64,000 nucleotides of DNA, taken from the NCBI GenBank assembly GCA_043228905.1, contig JBHGNT010000003.1, positions 2,666,001 to 2,730,000 on the forward strand, in the 5' to 3' direction. This DNA comes from Azolla caroliniana. Its lineage: Eukaryota > Plantae > Polypodiophyta. A program made the translations under genes and the position numbers. Below, in pieces: positions 1-11,953 of the stretch. The first letter of the stretch is position 1. Each line of letters begins with the position of its first letter. The notes below the pieces were generated by a model. That model did no database searches. It was not told the DNA's origin and saw only the letters and a list, made by a program, of their open reading frames with translations.

Positions 1-190
1 CTAGATGTGCATGAGTTATTTTTAGTGTCTCGTGTTTTTTTTCCTTTTTTTTTTTTTTACATTTATGTCTCTTTATCCGGCTCTTCCTTGCCGGTATGCC
101 GTTTTCTTCCGGTTCTCACCGAGCACTCCATTCTCTATCTAGAGGGACAAAAATATAATTTCCACATAGTGTGCAACCTACACTACGACA
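1..190. mobile_element. Probable end of another LTR inserted into the 5' part of element A gag
   Basis: Non-coding-looking T-rich sequence ending ...CACTACGACA (reverse complement TGTCGTAG, similar to the TGTCGTG termini of the A/I/L family). Gag homology to elements I/L starts right after it. Confidence 0.3.
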
Positions 191-2307
191 ACGCGAGTGT
201 GGAGAAGGCTGTCGATCCTGTCGTAGAGCTCAAGGGCCAATTCGATGGAAGGAACGTTACGAAGTTCCTTGATGCATATAGAAGGGAGATGAATGAGAGG
301 GACGTGTCCGAGGCACGTCAAATCGCAAGCTTCAAGAGAGTTGTCACCAACAACATCCAAAGACGCGTCATCGAGCTTCAAGAAGGTAAGACAACATGGT
401 CCGAGTTCGAGAAAATGATACTAGCGGAGTTCGTGACTGAAGACTCAACAAGGATGACTCGACATGCCCTGATGAAGTGGATAGAGAAGAAGAATAAGAA
501 GATGAGTGTCTCGAGGGTGTACGACGAATTCGACCAGATGTTTAGTCGTCTCCCCAATACGGACCAAGTGTTGCTTGAAGAGGACAAGAATTTGTACTTC
601 TTGAAGGCTGTGGACATAAAGGATAGATGGGAGTTGGGGACTCTTCTCGAAGATGATACCCAAGCAAATGGGCTCGTAGCGGACTGGATCGCGGTGAAGC
701 GGGCATGCAATAGGCTCGACAAGCGTCGCCAATGGGTTGATGACACCGACTTGACGGGATCGACTACCACAGAGAAAGCAAGACCGCCGAAAGTAGTTGA
801 GCCACCTAGACAAAGTAACGTGGAAGAAAAGAAGATTGATGACGACATCATTGAAGAGCTAGCGGAGAAGTTCGAGAAGGTCACACTAGCCAACATGAAT
901 CGTCGGGGCCTTAAAGGAAAAGAACCCTTTAGATGCGTGTGGTGTGATAGCATGGACCACATGAGAAGGGATTGTGCGAGCCTTCGAGAGGCGATTCGAC
1001 AAAATATCGTATAAATAGAGGACAACATGATCTGCTCAAGCGAGACTAGAAGACCCCTATGGGTGAATTTCGGAAGAGGAGGAATGAAGAAATCTATGGA
1101 GGATGCTGATGCGACTCATGTGGATGCGATGCACTATGCTGCGTCGGCCGGAATAAGAGTCGGGAAAGACAAGACTGAAGCTGCTAGAGCGGGAGCAAAG
1201 TTTTGGACTTCCGTTCTCGAATATGAGAAGAGGGGAAAAGTCACATCGAACAAAGTAGAGGTTGCGGACCAAAGCGTGCAAAGCATAACCGGGTGGTCGG
1301 ATCCGGTGGATGACAACACCATACTCGCAGAGGTGATGTGCGACAACCACGAGGTGTTCGTCGAAGAAAAGAGAAAGAGAATAGAAGAGCAAGGCCCATC
1401 AAAAAGACATGAAACAAGGAACACGAAAAAGAAGGACGATGCGGAGACGAGTCGACCTTTACAAACGGAGGAACGAGAATCAAGCCGAAAAGGGGAGCCG
1501 AGCATACGAGTTGAAGAAACGGTTCGGCCCGTGAAGGTTGGTGTCGAAGACCCCGCTCGGAGGACAAGGACTATACCTACCTATAAGCTAAGGTCGGACA
1601 TAGAGCAGACGATGGACCTAAAGAAGATTCTTGAAGAACGAGTTCTTGATAGCCACGTAACTTTTTCCTTGAGGGAATTGCTTGGCATTATGAAGAAGGA
1701 GTTCCATGACACGATCGTGGACCTTGTAAAGAGAAAGAGACAACAATCGGACGAGGAAGAAGAGAAGCTGCAAAAAGCAAAAACGAACACCATAATGATG
1801 GCAAGAGACGAAGTCGATGAAGATATGGTGGACAGCCACTATACTCGACCTCATTGGGCACGAGCGACAACTGAGACGCCGATGAAGATCGGGGAGAAGA
1901 AAGAGACTGTGGTAGCCTTGATCGACCACGGCTCGGAGATCAACCTCATGTCAACCGACTTCTACAAAAAAGGAAGATGGCCAATTAATACAAACAACGG
2001 ATGGAAGATGCGCGCGGCAACAAAGTCTACGGAGGACTTGTACGGAGCTTGTCCCAATATCAAAGTCACGATCGGGGATGTGGAGATGGAACAACACTTC
2101 TTTGTACAAGAATCGGTGTCGCATCCTGTCATCCAAGGGCAACCTTATATCACATCATCTCGGATGGAGACCAAAGTGTTCGATAATGGAGCAGCCTTCG
2201 CATGAATAAAGAGTCTTGACAACCAAAGATCGGTCCAATTCCTAACGGTGCGAGCCAATCATGAAAGGAATCGAGATAGTCTCGGAGGCGAATCCTCGGA
2301 TTTTTAG
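191..2307 (+). pseudogene. gag: Element A gag-protease ORF with premature stops at 1012 and 2203
   Basis: ORFs 7..1014 and 1027..2205 share a frame. Zinc knuckle CVWCDSMDHMRRDC; aspartic protease LIDHGSEIN. Natural stop TAG at 2305-2307 matches the homologous stop in element L. Confidence 0.85.
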
Positions 2308-2360
2308 AGCGGACTATTGAAGCATGGGGCACAAATAGTCTGAGCAATCACAAGACCCCA
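2298..2360 (+). promoter_or_regulatory. Putative -1 ribosomal frameshift signal (G GAT TTT plus pseudoknot)
   Basis: Heptamer 2298-2304; stem 2310-2318/2334-2342; TGGGG 2325-2329 pairs with CCCCA 2356-2360. The -1 frame is open into ORF 2373. Conserved with compensatory changes in element L. Confidence 0.75.
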
Positions 2361-5300
2361 GAAGAAAGAAGAGTGCGTGGATTGCGAGGAGAAGCAACAT
2401 GTGTCACACCTAGTGGCGCATGTAAACTAGTACTACCCGACAAGAAGCACAAGCGCCGGATACAAGAATTCGAGAAGATGCTGAAAGAAGAAAACATAAT
2501 AGAAGAAGGAGAGTTCGTGACTCATATTGTGGAAGAAGCCTCATTTAACGACACCATCGGCGAAATCGAGGACGTCGTGGACTTGAGCTATCTTCACAAC
2601 CAACGCGTGATTTCGGTTAACTCTGTCAACATGTACGCTATCATCGATGAATACCGTCGTGGCACTCGATGAAGGAAGCTGACATCAACACGAAATATAA
2701 AACGGTGGATAAGAAGATCAAGCCAGTTGCGGTTCTGCTACCGGAAGATAGCTGACAAAAGATGAAGGAAGTCGCTAACGATCCAAGCTTAAGAGATCTG
2801 AAGAAGATAGGTCATGTCTTCACCAAAGAGACGAAGGGGAAGCTACGAGTTGGAAAGGAGGATTTCCTTCTCCCTGAAGAGGAGCAAATGTTTCGCGATA
2901 TGCTTGAGAGACATGGGAAGGCTTTCGCATTCTTCCCACGAGAAATCGGATGCGCCGACCCAAAGGTTATAGAGCCGATGGTGATCTTCACGGTGCCTCA
3001 TGTGCCTTGGAATTTGAAACCGATACCGGTTCCGAGAGCACACCTTCCGAAGTTGATCGAGCTCTTAAAGGAGAAGGTGAGTATGGGAATTCTAGAACCG
3101 TCGAATGCTCCTTATTCCAATAGGTGGTTCACGGTGCCGAAGAAGAATGGATCATTGCGATTCATCCAAGATCTTCAACCCGTCAACAAGGTGACAATTC
3201 GAAATGCCGAAATCGGTCCGAGCGTGGACGAATTTGCCGAAGCGTTTGCGGGCTGGTCCATCTACTCCATTGGCGATCTCTACTCCGGATATGACCAATT
3301 CCAATTGGCGATCGACAGTCGGGAGATTACAACCATGAGGACTCCGATCGGGCTTGTACAGATGTGTACCTTACCCCAAGGCGCAACGAACTCGGTGGCT
3401 CATATGGTGAATGCCATGAATAAAGTCTTGAAGGATTGCATCCCGGACATCACGATGCCATTCTTGGATGATATTCCGATAAAAGGATGTTCGGATGAGG
3501 AGAAAGATGAATCGAAAGATAAGGAAGGTTGTAGAAAGTTCGTTGCGGATCATATGAAAGATTGCGAGAAGGTGCTTCAAAGGCTCGAAGATGCGAATTT
3601 GACATTTTCGGGAGAAAAATCCGCATTCGGGCAACCGAAGATCTTGGTGGTAGGTCACTTGTGTGGAGCATACAGCCGAAAGCCCTCGCCATCCAAAGTG
3701 AACGCAATCCAAGACATGAAAGAAGAATACGAAAACCAAACGGAGGTTCGAAGGTTCCTTGGAGCGTGCGCGTTTGATCATATATGGATTCCTCACTACG
3801 CTCATGTCGCCGAACCGTTATATGGACTACTAAAGAAAAGAATAAAGTTTGAATGGCGAGACGAGCACACAAAGGCGATGCGAAGATTAAAGAAACTGCT
3901 TCTTGAAGCTCCGGCACTAAGGAAGGCCGACTATGCCGAAGGGAAACCAATTTACGTGACTGTATATACAAGCCCAACCGGAATTGGGTGGGTCATCAAT
4001 CAAGAAGGTGAAGATAATGCGCGATATGCCGTCTGGTTCGGAGCAAAGGTTCTCAGCAAACGACAACAAAGATATGCCCAAGTCAAGCGGGAACTTTGGG
4101 GTATTGTGTCGGCAGTGAAGACGGACAAAGATTACCTGATCGGGTCAAAAGTGATAATAGAGACAGATTGTCTCCCAATTCTTGGAATTGTCTCGGGATG
4201 TGCGACCCCAGATCTTGCTATGCTAAGGTGGATCGCCTACATCAAGTCTTTAAACCTAGAGATCCATCACATTGCAGGGAAGAAGAACGCCATGGCTGAC
4301 ATGCTGTCAAGGGCAAGATTTTCAAATGGAAGTAACACGGTTTCGAAAGATGAAGCTGTCGCCCTCAACTTCTTCAAGATGGCTCGATTGTCGGCGGAAG
4401 ACCAAGACACGCAAACCCCCCACGCCTTCAACGAGAACGAGTACGAAGGAGAGTGGTTACTCATCGGTAGATTCCTAAGAACATTGACGGCAGATGCTTC
4501 GTTGACAAAGGAGGAGGCCCTACGAATCCGAAAGAAAGCTTACCGATACTTCTTGAAGGGAGGATTCCTTTGGCGACATCCAAAAAGAAGGACAGGAATA
4601 CCACGTCGAGTGGTGGTAAAGAAAGAAGAGCAAGAGACGCTGATGATCGAATTCCACGAGAGTGCTTGGGCAGGTCATAGAGGAACATGGGCGACGTTCG
4701 AAAAGTTGAAGGAGAAGTACTGGTGGCCAAGCATGTACAAAGATGTACTCCATTTCGTGTCCACATGCGAAACTTGCCAAGTATATTCAAATATACGTCA
4801 TCGTGATGAGTTAAAGCCGACATACCCACTCACCATACACTTCAAATGGATGGTGGATCTGGTCTTGATGCCAATGGGAGTGGGACAAATGAAGTACTTA
4901 GCTCTGGCAAGGGAAGACTTGACAAATCAAGTGGAAGGACGAGCCTTGACAAATAAGACGACTTCAGCCGTTTGCAAATTTCTACTTGAAGATGTTGTTT
5001 GCCGATATGGATGTGTAGGGAAGATAGTGGCCGATCGAGGGGAGTTGGACAAGCACGAAGCGACGGAGCTCTTCGAAAGACTAGGCGTGAAGCTCTCCCT
5101 CACGACTGCCTACAATCCGGAAGCAAATGGGAAGATCGAGCGAGGGCATGGACCTATCGTTAAAGCCATCGTACGGGCATGCAACGGTCGAGTCGGGAAT
5201 TGGCCACGACTATTACCCTATGCCTTGTGGGCCGATAGAACGACACATAGCTCGGTGACAGGGTATATGCCGACGGAGGTTATGTATGGACAAAAGCCGA

Positions 5301-5779
5301 TTATGCCCATCGAAAGGACGATCGCCTCATGGGTAGCGATACCGTGGGAGAACGAGATGAGCTGAGAAGAGTTATTAGCGGCGCGGATAAGGCAACTTGA
5401 AGATTTAGAAAAAGCGCGAAAGATAATGAAGGCAGCCCGAATAAAGAACAAAGTTCGGTTCGACAACACGCATCGACTTCGTCCCAAGAAGATTGAAGAA
5501 GGGGATTGGGTTTTGGTTTACGACAGCACCCTTGACAATCAACACAGTACAACAAGGAAGTTCGCAAGAAGATGGTTCGGGCCATATGTGGTGACAAGTG
5601 CCAACGATAATGCCACATACCACCTTGCAGAACTAGACGGATCAAGGTTGGCCGTACCCATTGTGGGAAAAAGAGTAAAGATTTTCAAGAAAAGACAAGA
5701 CAAGGATCCTGACCTCGATTACCTCGACGATGAACATAATAGGCCGGATGAAATTGAAGACATGGAGGAATCTAATTGA
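2298..5779 (+). pseudogene. pol: Element A pol (RT, RNase H, integrase) with stops and a frameshift
   Basis: RT LPQG...FLDD; RNase H ELWGI...TDC; integrase H...H...CETC, then DLV, DRG and ERGH core residues; C-terminal WFGPY motif. Confidence 0.92.
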
Positions 5780-5851
5780 TCATCGTAGCCGAAATCTCAC
5801 TTTTTCTCTTCTTGGCACGTACCGGAGGATGTGCGGTTTGGTGGGGGTGGA

Positions 5852-7475
5852 TGTCGTGAAGATTTTCGGCAATAGTGTGAAAATCCCATAAAACATACGA
5901 AATCTAGTATGAATCATATAATACAATAATTGTGAAGATAACATTTTAAATAAATTTAATATCTAAGTACAAAATGATGGAGGTTTCGAATGCACTTTAT
6001 TACACGAGAAACGGACAACTAAATGTCAAGATATGAGGGTATAAAGTTTGTGAAAGGAAAAGAGAAAATTGTGAGATATCCCACATAGGCATGACAAATA
6101 CGGCTCTCATCATATATAAGGTAGAGCAAAAGATATTATCTTTGTGTCTATGTGTGGAGCATAGAGAGTTCAAGGTAACTTGAACTAAGAGTGGAGGGTT
6201 TAGGGTTTTGGCCAACCAAAATTGGACCGGCGATGGAGCCATTGATCCGTCGGCAGCACCGGACGATGACATCCGGTGGCGGCACCGGTATCCGGTGGCA
6301 GCACCGGCGGTATCTGGCGGCAACCGACGACGGCACGGGTATCCGGCGAGGCACCGGTAACCGATGGCAACCGACGACGACATCCTGCGAGGCACCGGTA
6401 ACCGACGGCATCCGGCGAACCGGCGTCCGACGACTAGATAAATAAATATATAAATATATATACATATTTATATACAAGGAGGGCAAGTAAGGATTCGAAC
6501 CTTGCACCTCCATGTTAGGAGTCAATTGGTTTACCATTAAGCCATGCTATTTAGTTGAAATTATATTTCTATGATTGTACTTTTACATTTAAATTCTCAT
6601 ACATGAGAGCTAAAATGAGTGACATGGTTATCATGCACCACATGTAATACATAAGCGCCAAATGGCAAACATGCAATTTATGTATGTCTTGTACCCTCAC
6701 ATGCATCATATGCATGAGAGCATCTATAAAAGAAGGAAGGGGGAGGAGAAAAAACACGGGTTTTTTATTATTATGAAATTAAGAAGAAGAAATTCGTTAT
6801 CAAATTGATGGTGTAACTTATTTCTTAAATCTAAAGTTAAAAGTTCAATCAATCTCTCTCAATCGTTTAATCTCAACTTCCCTCTTTCCCAATCTATCTT
6901 AAGTACTTTCTCGCCAAAGCTTGTATCGACTTTGAATCCTTCCAGTCGAGAACCCCGGCGGTTCCGCCTCACGATCCGCGCGTAGTGACGGATCTTCACG
7001 ACACCGGTTTGCATACTGGCTGGTTCCAGTTCCGGTTTGCTTGCCGGTTCCGGTTCCGGTTTTGCTTACCAGACCAGTTTCCAAATTTGCTTGCCAGTTC
7101 CGATTTCCGGATTTGCTTACCGAACCGGTTTCCGGATTTGCTTACCGGTTGGTTTCCAGTTTTAGGGGATTTGGCCACCATCATCCATTAAGACAAAATG
7201 GCCAAAGTGCTCTTAGCACAAATGAAAAAATGAGGGAGCTCAATGTGGTTATATAGCCAGGGCCATAAGTTTCATATCTATGTGGGATAGTTCTAATTTC
7301 CCTATCTTCTCAAACTTTATTTTCACATAACTTGATATGTATTTCTTCATTTTGTATATAGTAAAAACGTTTTGAAGCTCTTGAGTATATCCCTCTTTCT
7401 ATAGTAAGCTACTAATCTAATCTATAATAATTATTTCATTATTTTTTAACATAGTGTGAGAAGATTCACACGACA
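5852..7475 (+). repeat. Element A 3' LTR (1624 bp) with internal GC-rich short repeats and an imperfect fold-back
   Basis: Begins TGTCGTG right after the PPT and ends CACGACA (7-bp terminal inverted repeat). CCGG-rich repeat blocks at about 6225-6435 and 7000-7160. Confidence 0.8.
6491..6544 (-). promoter_or_regulatory. tRNA-like Pol III A/B boxes inside the element A LTR
   Basis: Minus strand: A box TGGCTTAATGG, 32-nt spacer containing an anticodon-loop-like CTCCTAA, B box GGTTCGAATCC. No acceptor stem. Confidence 0.55.
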
Positions 7476-8310
7476 TCGGTAGTTGGGGAAACCTAATAAT
7501 GACACTTAGTACCTCATGTAAAGAGGACAACCTATCTTTACAAGTAGTAAAGACAAGCATTTTAAATGAAGAGACAAAAAGAAAGGATAAAAGTGTCTTG
7601 TCTCAATCAGAAGCCGATGTGACACAAGAACTTAGTAGAGGAAGAAGCAAACACAAAAGTCCTAAAGGTAGAGATAAGTCTTATGCTAGGTCGAAATCTA
7701 GAGGAAGTCCTACATGCTTCTATGGTAGGAAACCTGGTCACTTCCATAAGACTTGTCGACACCTTTGGAAGGACAAAGGCATGGCTGATGAGGTCAAACC
7801 CAAAAAAAATGCTGATGACAAAAACACCTCAGCCATCACAACTAGTGAAGAAGAGATGTTATTTATTTGTGAACAAGCTAGTGTAAATCTTGCAAATGTT
7901 GAGTGCTCATGGGTAGTGGATTCCAGTGCATCATTCCACCTAACACCCAAAAGAGAATGTTTCTCATCTTACACAGCCGATGAATGCAAGATTGTGGGCA
8001 TAGGAAATGTGTGTTTGCTATCATCTACTAGCTGCAAGTAAATGTTGAAGGATGTACGCCATGTTTCGGGTGTTAGTTTGAATCTAATATCGGCTGGACG
8101 GCTAGACGACAAAGGCTACAATGGTGGTTTTCGTAATGGTACATGGAAGTTCTGTAAAGGGAGCCTGATTGTGGCTCGAGCCCAAAAACAAAACACATTG
8201 TATGTAATGCATTGAAAGTTGTGCCGAGATGAGGCAAATGTGGTGTCTGACTTCGATGCTGAGTTGTGGCATAAAAGGCTCAGCCACATGAGTGAAAGGG
8301 GAATGCATAT
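7476..8310 (+). mobile_element. Element B: Ty1/copia fragment (gag C-terminus, protease, GAG-pre-integrase), same family as element F
   Basis: Degenerate zinc knuckle, WVVDSSASFH, ELWHKRLSHMSERGM; closely similar to about 31955-32820. Cut by A on the left and C on the right. Confidence 0.88.
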
Positions 8311-8603
8311 TGTCATGATATGGCAAGACTTGAACCCATGACCTTATGCTACATGGGTCGAGCTCTTGACCATTAGACTATACATTGTAATACGTAAAAT
8401 ATTATTTTCATTTATGTTTTATTATAGAAAATTGATGTATATTCCAGATTTCTCTGGAACATTCTAGAAACTTCAGGAGTATTCCGTAGAACACTATAAA
8501 AGGAGGCACAAGGCATTATTTCAAACCAAATCGGTTCAACGCCAGTCTTAAGCCTCCTAGCTACTGTACATTTCCTTCATATAATATATATCTCTTCTTA
8601 TCA

Positions 8604-8641
<38 letters not shown>

Positions 8642-8748
8642 CCTCCCTCTCACTCACTCTTTCCTTCTCTCGAGAGTTCTTCACCTCTCTTAGTACTAAT
8701 ACTTCTTTTAGTACTAATTCCTTCTTTGTCTTCGTACTGTTCCTGACA
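8311..8748 (+). repeat. Element C 5' LTR (438 bp)
   Basis: TGTCA...TGACA termini; TATAAAA at 8495-8501; (CT)n at about 8608-8637; first 6 nt repeated after the PPT at 28802. Confidence 0.88.
8326..8380 (-). promoter_or_regulatory. tRNA-like Pol III A/B boxes at the outer end of the element C LTR
   Basis: Minus strand: TAGTCTAATGG, 33-nt spacer, GGTTCAAGTCT. Confidence 0.5.
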
Positions 8749-8750
8749 GT

Positions 8751-8763
8751 TTGAACCGATTTG
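8751..8763 (+). promoter_or_regulatory. Self-priming PBS of element C
   Basis: TTGAACCGATTTG, 2 nt after the LTR, is the perfect reverse complement of LTR 8527-8539 (CAAATCGGTTCAA), which lies about 30 nt from the TATA box. No TGG-starting tRNA PBS is present. Confidence 0.8.
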
Positions 8764-8821
8764 CCTACCTTCTGTCTCTCTCATTTCCTACTAATCTCTT
8801 ATTCCTCTTTTCTTTCATCCC

Positions 8822-9973
8822 ATGGCCACTGTTAGCGCTAAAGAATATCAATCAGTTTTCTCGGAATTTCAATGCTTGAAAGAGAAGTTCCATGCTTTGG
8901 AACAAGAAAACCAACGGTTGCTGGGGGATCTTCAACAAATCTTCTTAGAAAAGCAGCAAACACAACAACAACATGGGGAACTTGCGTTACACGTGCAACA
9001 ACTCGAAGCAACCATCGTAGCGATGCAACAACAAGGGCCCGGAACACAAGGGATTCATAAAGAACCCAAGATTGGCCTTCCCACGAAGTTCGATGGAACG
9101 CGATCGCAGTTTAGAGGGTTCCTTAACCAGGTACGATTAGTTATTCAAATGCATCCTTCCCGATATCCCACCGATGCATCACGAGTGGGTTTAGTAGGCA
9201 CTTTGTTAAGTGGCTCAACGTTGGCATGGTTTGCTCGATTATTAGAAAAGGAATCTCCGTTACTCAACAATTTTGAAGAGTTTCTAGGTGAGTTTAAAGC
9301 ATGTTTCGGAGATATTGACAGCATCAGGACCGCAATCAACAAAATTCGGCGATTACGCCAAGGTGACCGTCCAGCCTCCGCATATGCTGCAGATTTTCGC
9401 CTACTCGCCGCTGATATCCCTTGGGATGATCAAGCGTTGATGGAGCAATTCCGTTATAGTTTACGCAACGACGTCAAGGATTTGCTCTTGACCTTCCCCG
9501 AAGAGCCAAAGTCCTTAACAGAAGCAATCAGTCGCGCGGTGAGATGTGACAACCGCCTGTTTGAGCGACGTTCGGAACGACAGCTACAGATGCCGAGGGC
9601 AAGATCAGAGCCCACCTACGCCTCAGTGGTAGCAAGACCTTTTCCGAGGGAGTCATATAATGCGCCTCCAGCGAATACTCCGACTCCGATGGAGATTGAC
9701 ACTACACGTCGTCGAGGGCCATTATCCGAAGAAGAAAAGCAGTGACGCCGTACAAATCGACTATGTCTTTACTGCGGTGGACCAGGACATATTGCAATAA
9801 ATTGCCCCCATAGGCCAAGAAGACAGGTAAACCAAATAGTCGCTAGTTCTAATTGTACTAAACCCGAGCCTATTTCAGTAGGGATATCTGATAGTCCTAA
9901 TAGTACTAATAGCCCAGATCTAGTGAACAGATTTGATGTCCTTAGTGAGTTAGAAAAAGAGTTAAACGACTAA
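8822..9973 (+). pseudogene. gag: Element C gag (PEG10/Ty3-like capsid plus zinc knuckle), premature TGA at 9743
   Basis: N-terminal coiled coil, PTKFDG, LRQG..ASAYAADF; CLYCGGPGHIAINC in frame after the stop; ends TAA at 9971-9973. Confidence 0.88.
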
Positions 9974-11953
9974 GTCCAGCCAAAATAGGAGTCGTTTGGT
10001 TGGACAGCCCTAGATCTGTGCAGCCCATTAGTGGTTCCATTCCCTCTAAGCAAGTTAGTGATGTGGTCGTAGCCCAAGTAATAGTTAGTACTAAAAGTAC
10101 CCCTCCAGTACATGTCCTAGCACTCCTAGATTCCGGAGCTAACTCTTGCTTTATGGATAAGAAATTTGCTCAAGCTCATAAGATATCCCTAAGAAAACTC
10201 CAGTGTCCAGCCTCTATAGTAGTCATTGATGGACGTCCCATTACTTCCGGAAATATCATAGAAGAGTCAGAGCCCATTAATATTGTCCTAGATAACTTAG
10301 CATGTGTAGTATCATTTAATATTATTAGTATCCCAGAACATCCCATAGTTTTAGGATTGCCGTGGTTCGAGTTACATAACCCAGACATAGATTGGGGAAC
10401 AAGAGAAATCCGGTGTCGAAAAACCCAAGGGTCAACTCAGAAGATGGCAACCATTTCGCTACATCAGTTGCGTAAAGAAGAGCACAAGGAGGAAATGTTC
10501 CTCTTTGCAATATCAGTAAATCTCTCCAGCACCACTAAAGAAGAATCCACCGTTCAACTTCCCGAGAAGTATCGTCATTACGCCGATGTGTTCGATAAAC
10601 TACAAGCCAATACACTTCCTCATCATCGACTGTACGATTGCCCCATCGATTTACAACCGGGAAAAGAGCCGCCATGGGGACCGATCTACAATTTGTCACC
10701 AACCGAGCTGGAAGTCCTTCGGGCCTACATAGAGGAGAATTTGGAAAATGGTTTCAATCGGCATTCGAAATCTCCAGCCGGCGCACCCATTTTCTTCGTC
10801 AAGAAAAAGGATGGATCGCTTCATCTCGTTGTAGATTACCGTGGCCTGAATAAGGTTACAATAAGGAATAGGTATGCTCTTCTCCTTATCTCAAGTCTTT
10901 TAGAACAGATCAATGGTGCGAGGTTCTTCACGAAGATCGACTTACGGGGAGCATATAACCTCGTACGGATCCGACCAAGAGACGAATGGAAGACCGCGTT
11001 TCGCACCAGATATGGGCACTTTGAGTATACGGTCATGCCGTTCGGCCTCACTAATGCGCCGGCAGTCTTCCAGCACATGGCTAATGATATATTCTGAGAT
11101 CTATTGGATGATTGTTTGATCATCTATTTGGATGATCTACTGGTTTATTCAAAGACCCAAGAAGAACATGATTCTCATGTACTATTAGTACTAAAACGAC
11201 TTCGAGAACATGGTCTATATGCAAAGCTGGAAAAATGTAGTTTCGAGTGCAACCAAGTGGAATTTCTTGGCTACATCATTTCGTCAGAAGGCATCTCCAT
11301 GGACCTAGCTAAGGTCAAAACGGTGGTAGAATGGCAGACTCCGCGTTCGGTGCGGGATGTGCAATGCTTCCTAGGCTTTGCCAATTTTTACCGGATGTTC
11401 ATACAAGATTACTCAAAGATCGTTCTACCTCTCACACAACTTACTAGGAAGGGACAACCGTTCATCTGGTCTGAAGAAACGGACATGGCTTTCGAGAGTC
11501 TTAAAAAGGCATTTACATCGGCTCCAATTCTAGCTCATGTCGATCCGGAAAAACCATTCATTATCGAAGCTGACGCATCGGATTTTGCATTGGGGAGCAT
11601 TCTGTCACAACAGGGGAATGATGAGAAGCTACACCCTATGGCTTTTCACTCACACAAGTTTGACGCCGCCGAAATCAACTACGAAATTCATGATAAGGAG
11701 CTATTGGCAATAGTGGATTCTTTTATGCAATGGAGGCATTTTCTGGAGGGATCCTCTCATCCGGTCACCGTATTTAGTGACCACAAGAACCTTGCCTACT
11801 TTCAGGATGCTCATGTGTTGAATCGACGTCAAGCTCGGTGGGCCCACTTCCTCACGCGTTTCGACTTCAAAATTACTTATCGTCCGGGAAAGCACCAAGG
11901 GAAGGCAGATGCATTATTACGGCGTTCGTATATAGCACCCCATCCGGGCGAGC
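9961..11953 (+). pseudogene. pol: Element C pol part 1 (PR, RT, RNase H), in the -1 frame relative to gag
   Basis: LLDSGA, DYRGLN, MPFGL, YLDD, DASD, ELLAIV; stop at 11095; cut by element D. Confidence 0.9.

Larger units (their letters stand above)
191..7475 (+). mobile_element. Element A: Ty3/gypsy LTR retrotransposon (FLDDIPIKG family), 5' end missing or interrupted, decayed
   Basis: gag-PR-RT-RH-INT order; PPT GGTGGGGGTGGA at 5840-5851; 3' LTR TGTCGTG...CACGACA; copia sequence follows immediately at 7476. Confidence 0.92.

Noticed and set aside
7-190. N-terminal 60 aa of ORF 7..1014
   Set aside because: Read-through from non-coding or inserted sequence; homology to the family gag starts only near 191.
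6481-6550. Functional tRNA genes at 6481-6550 and 8311-8382
   Set aside because: Only the A/B boxes are retained; acceptor and anticodon stems do not pair.
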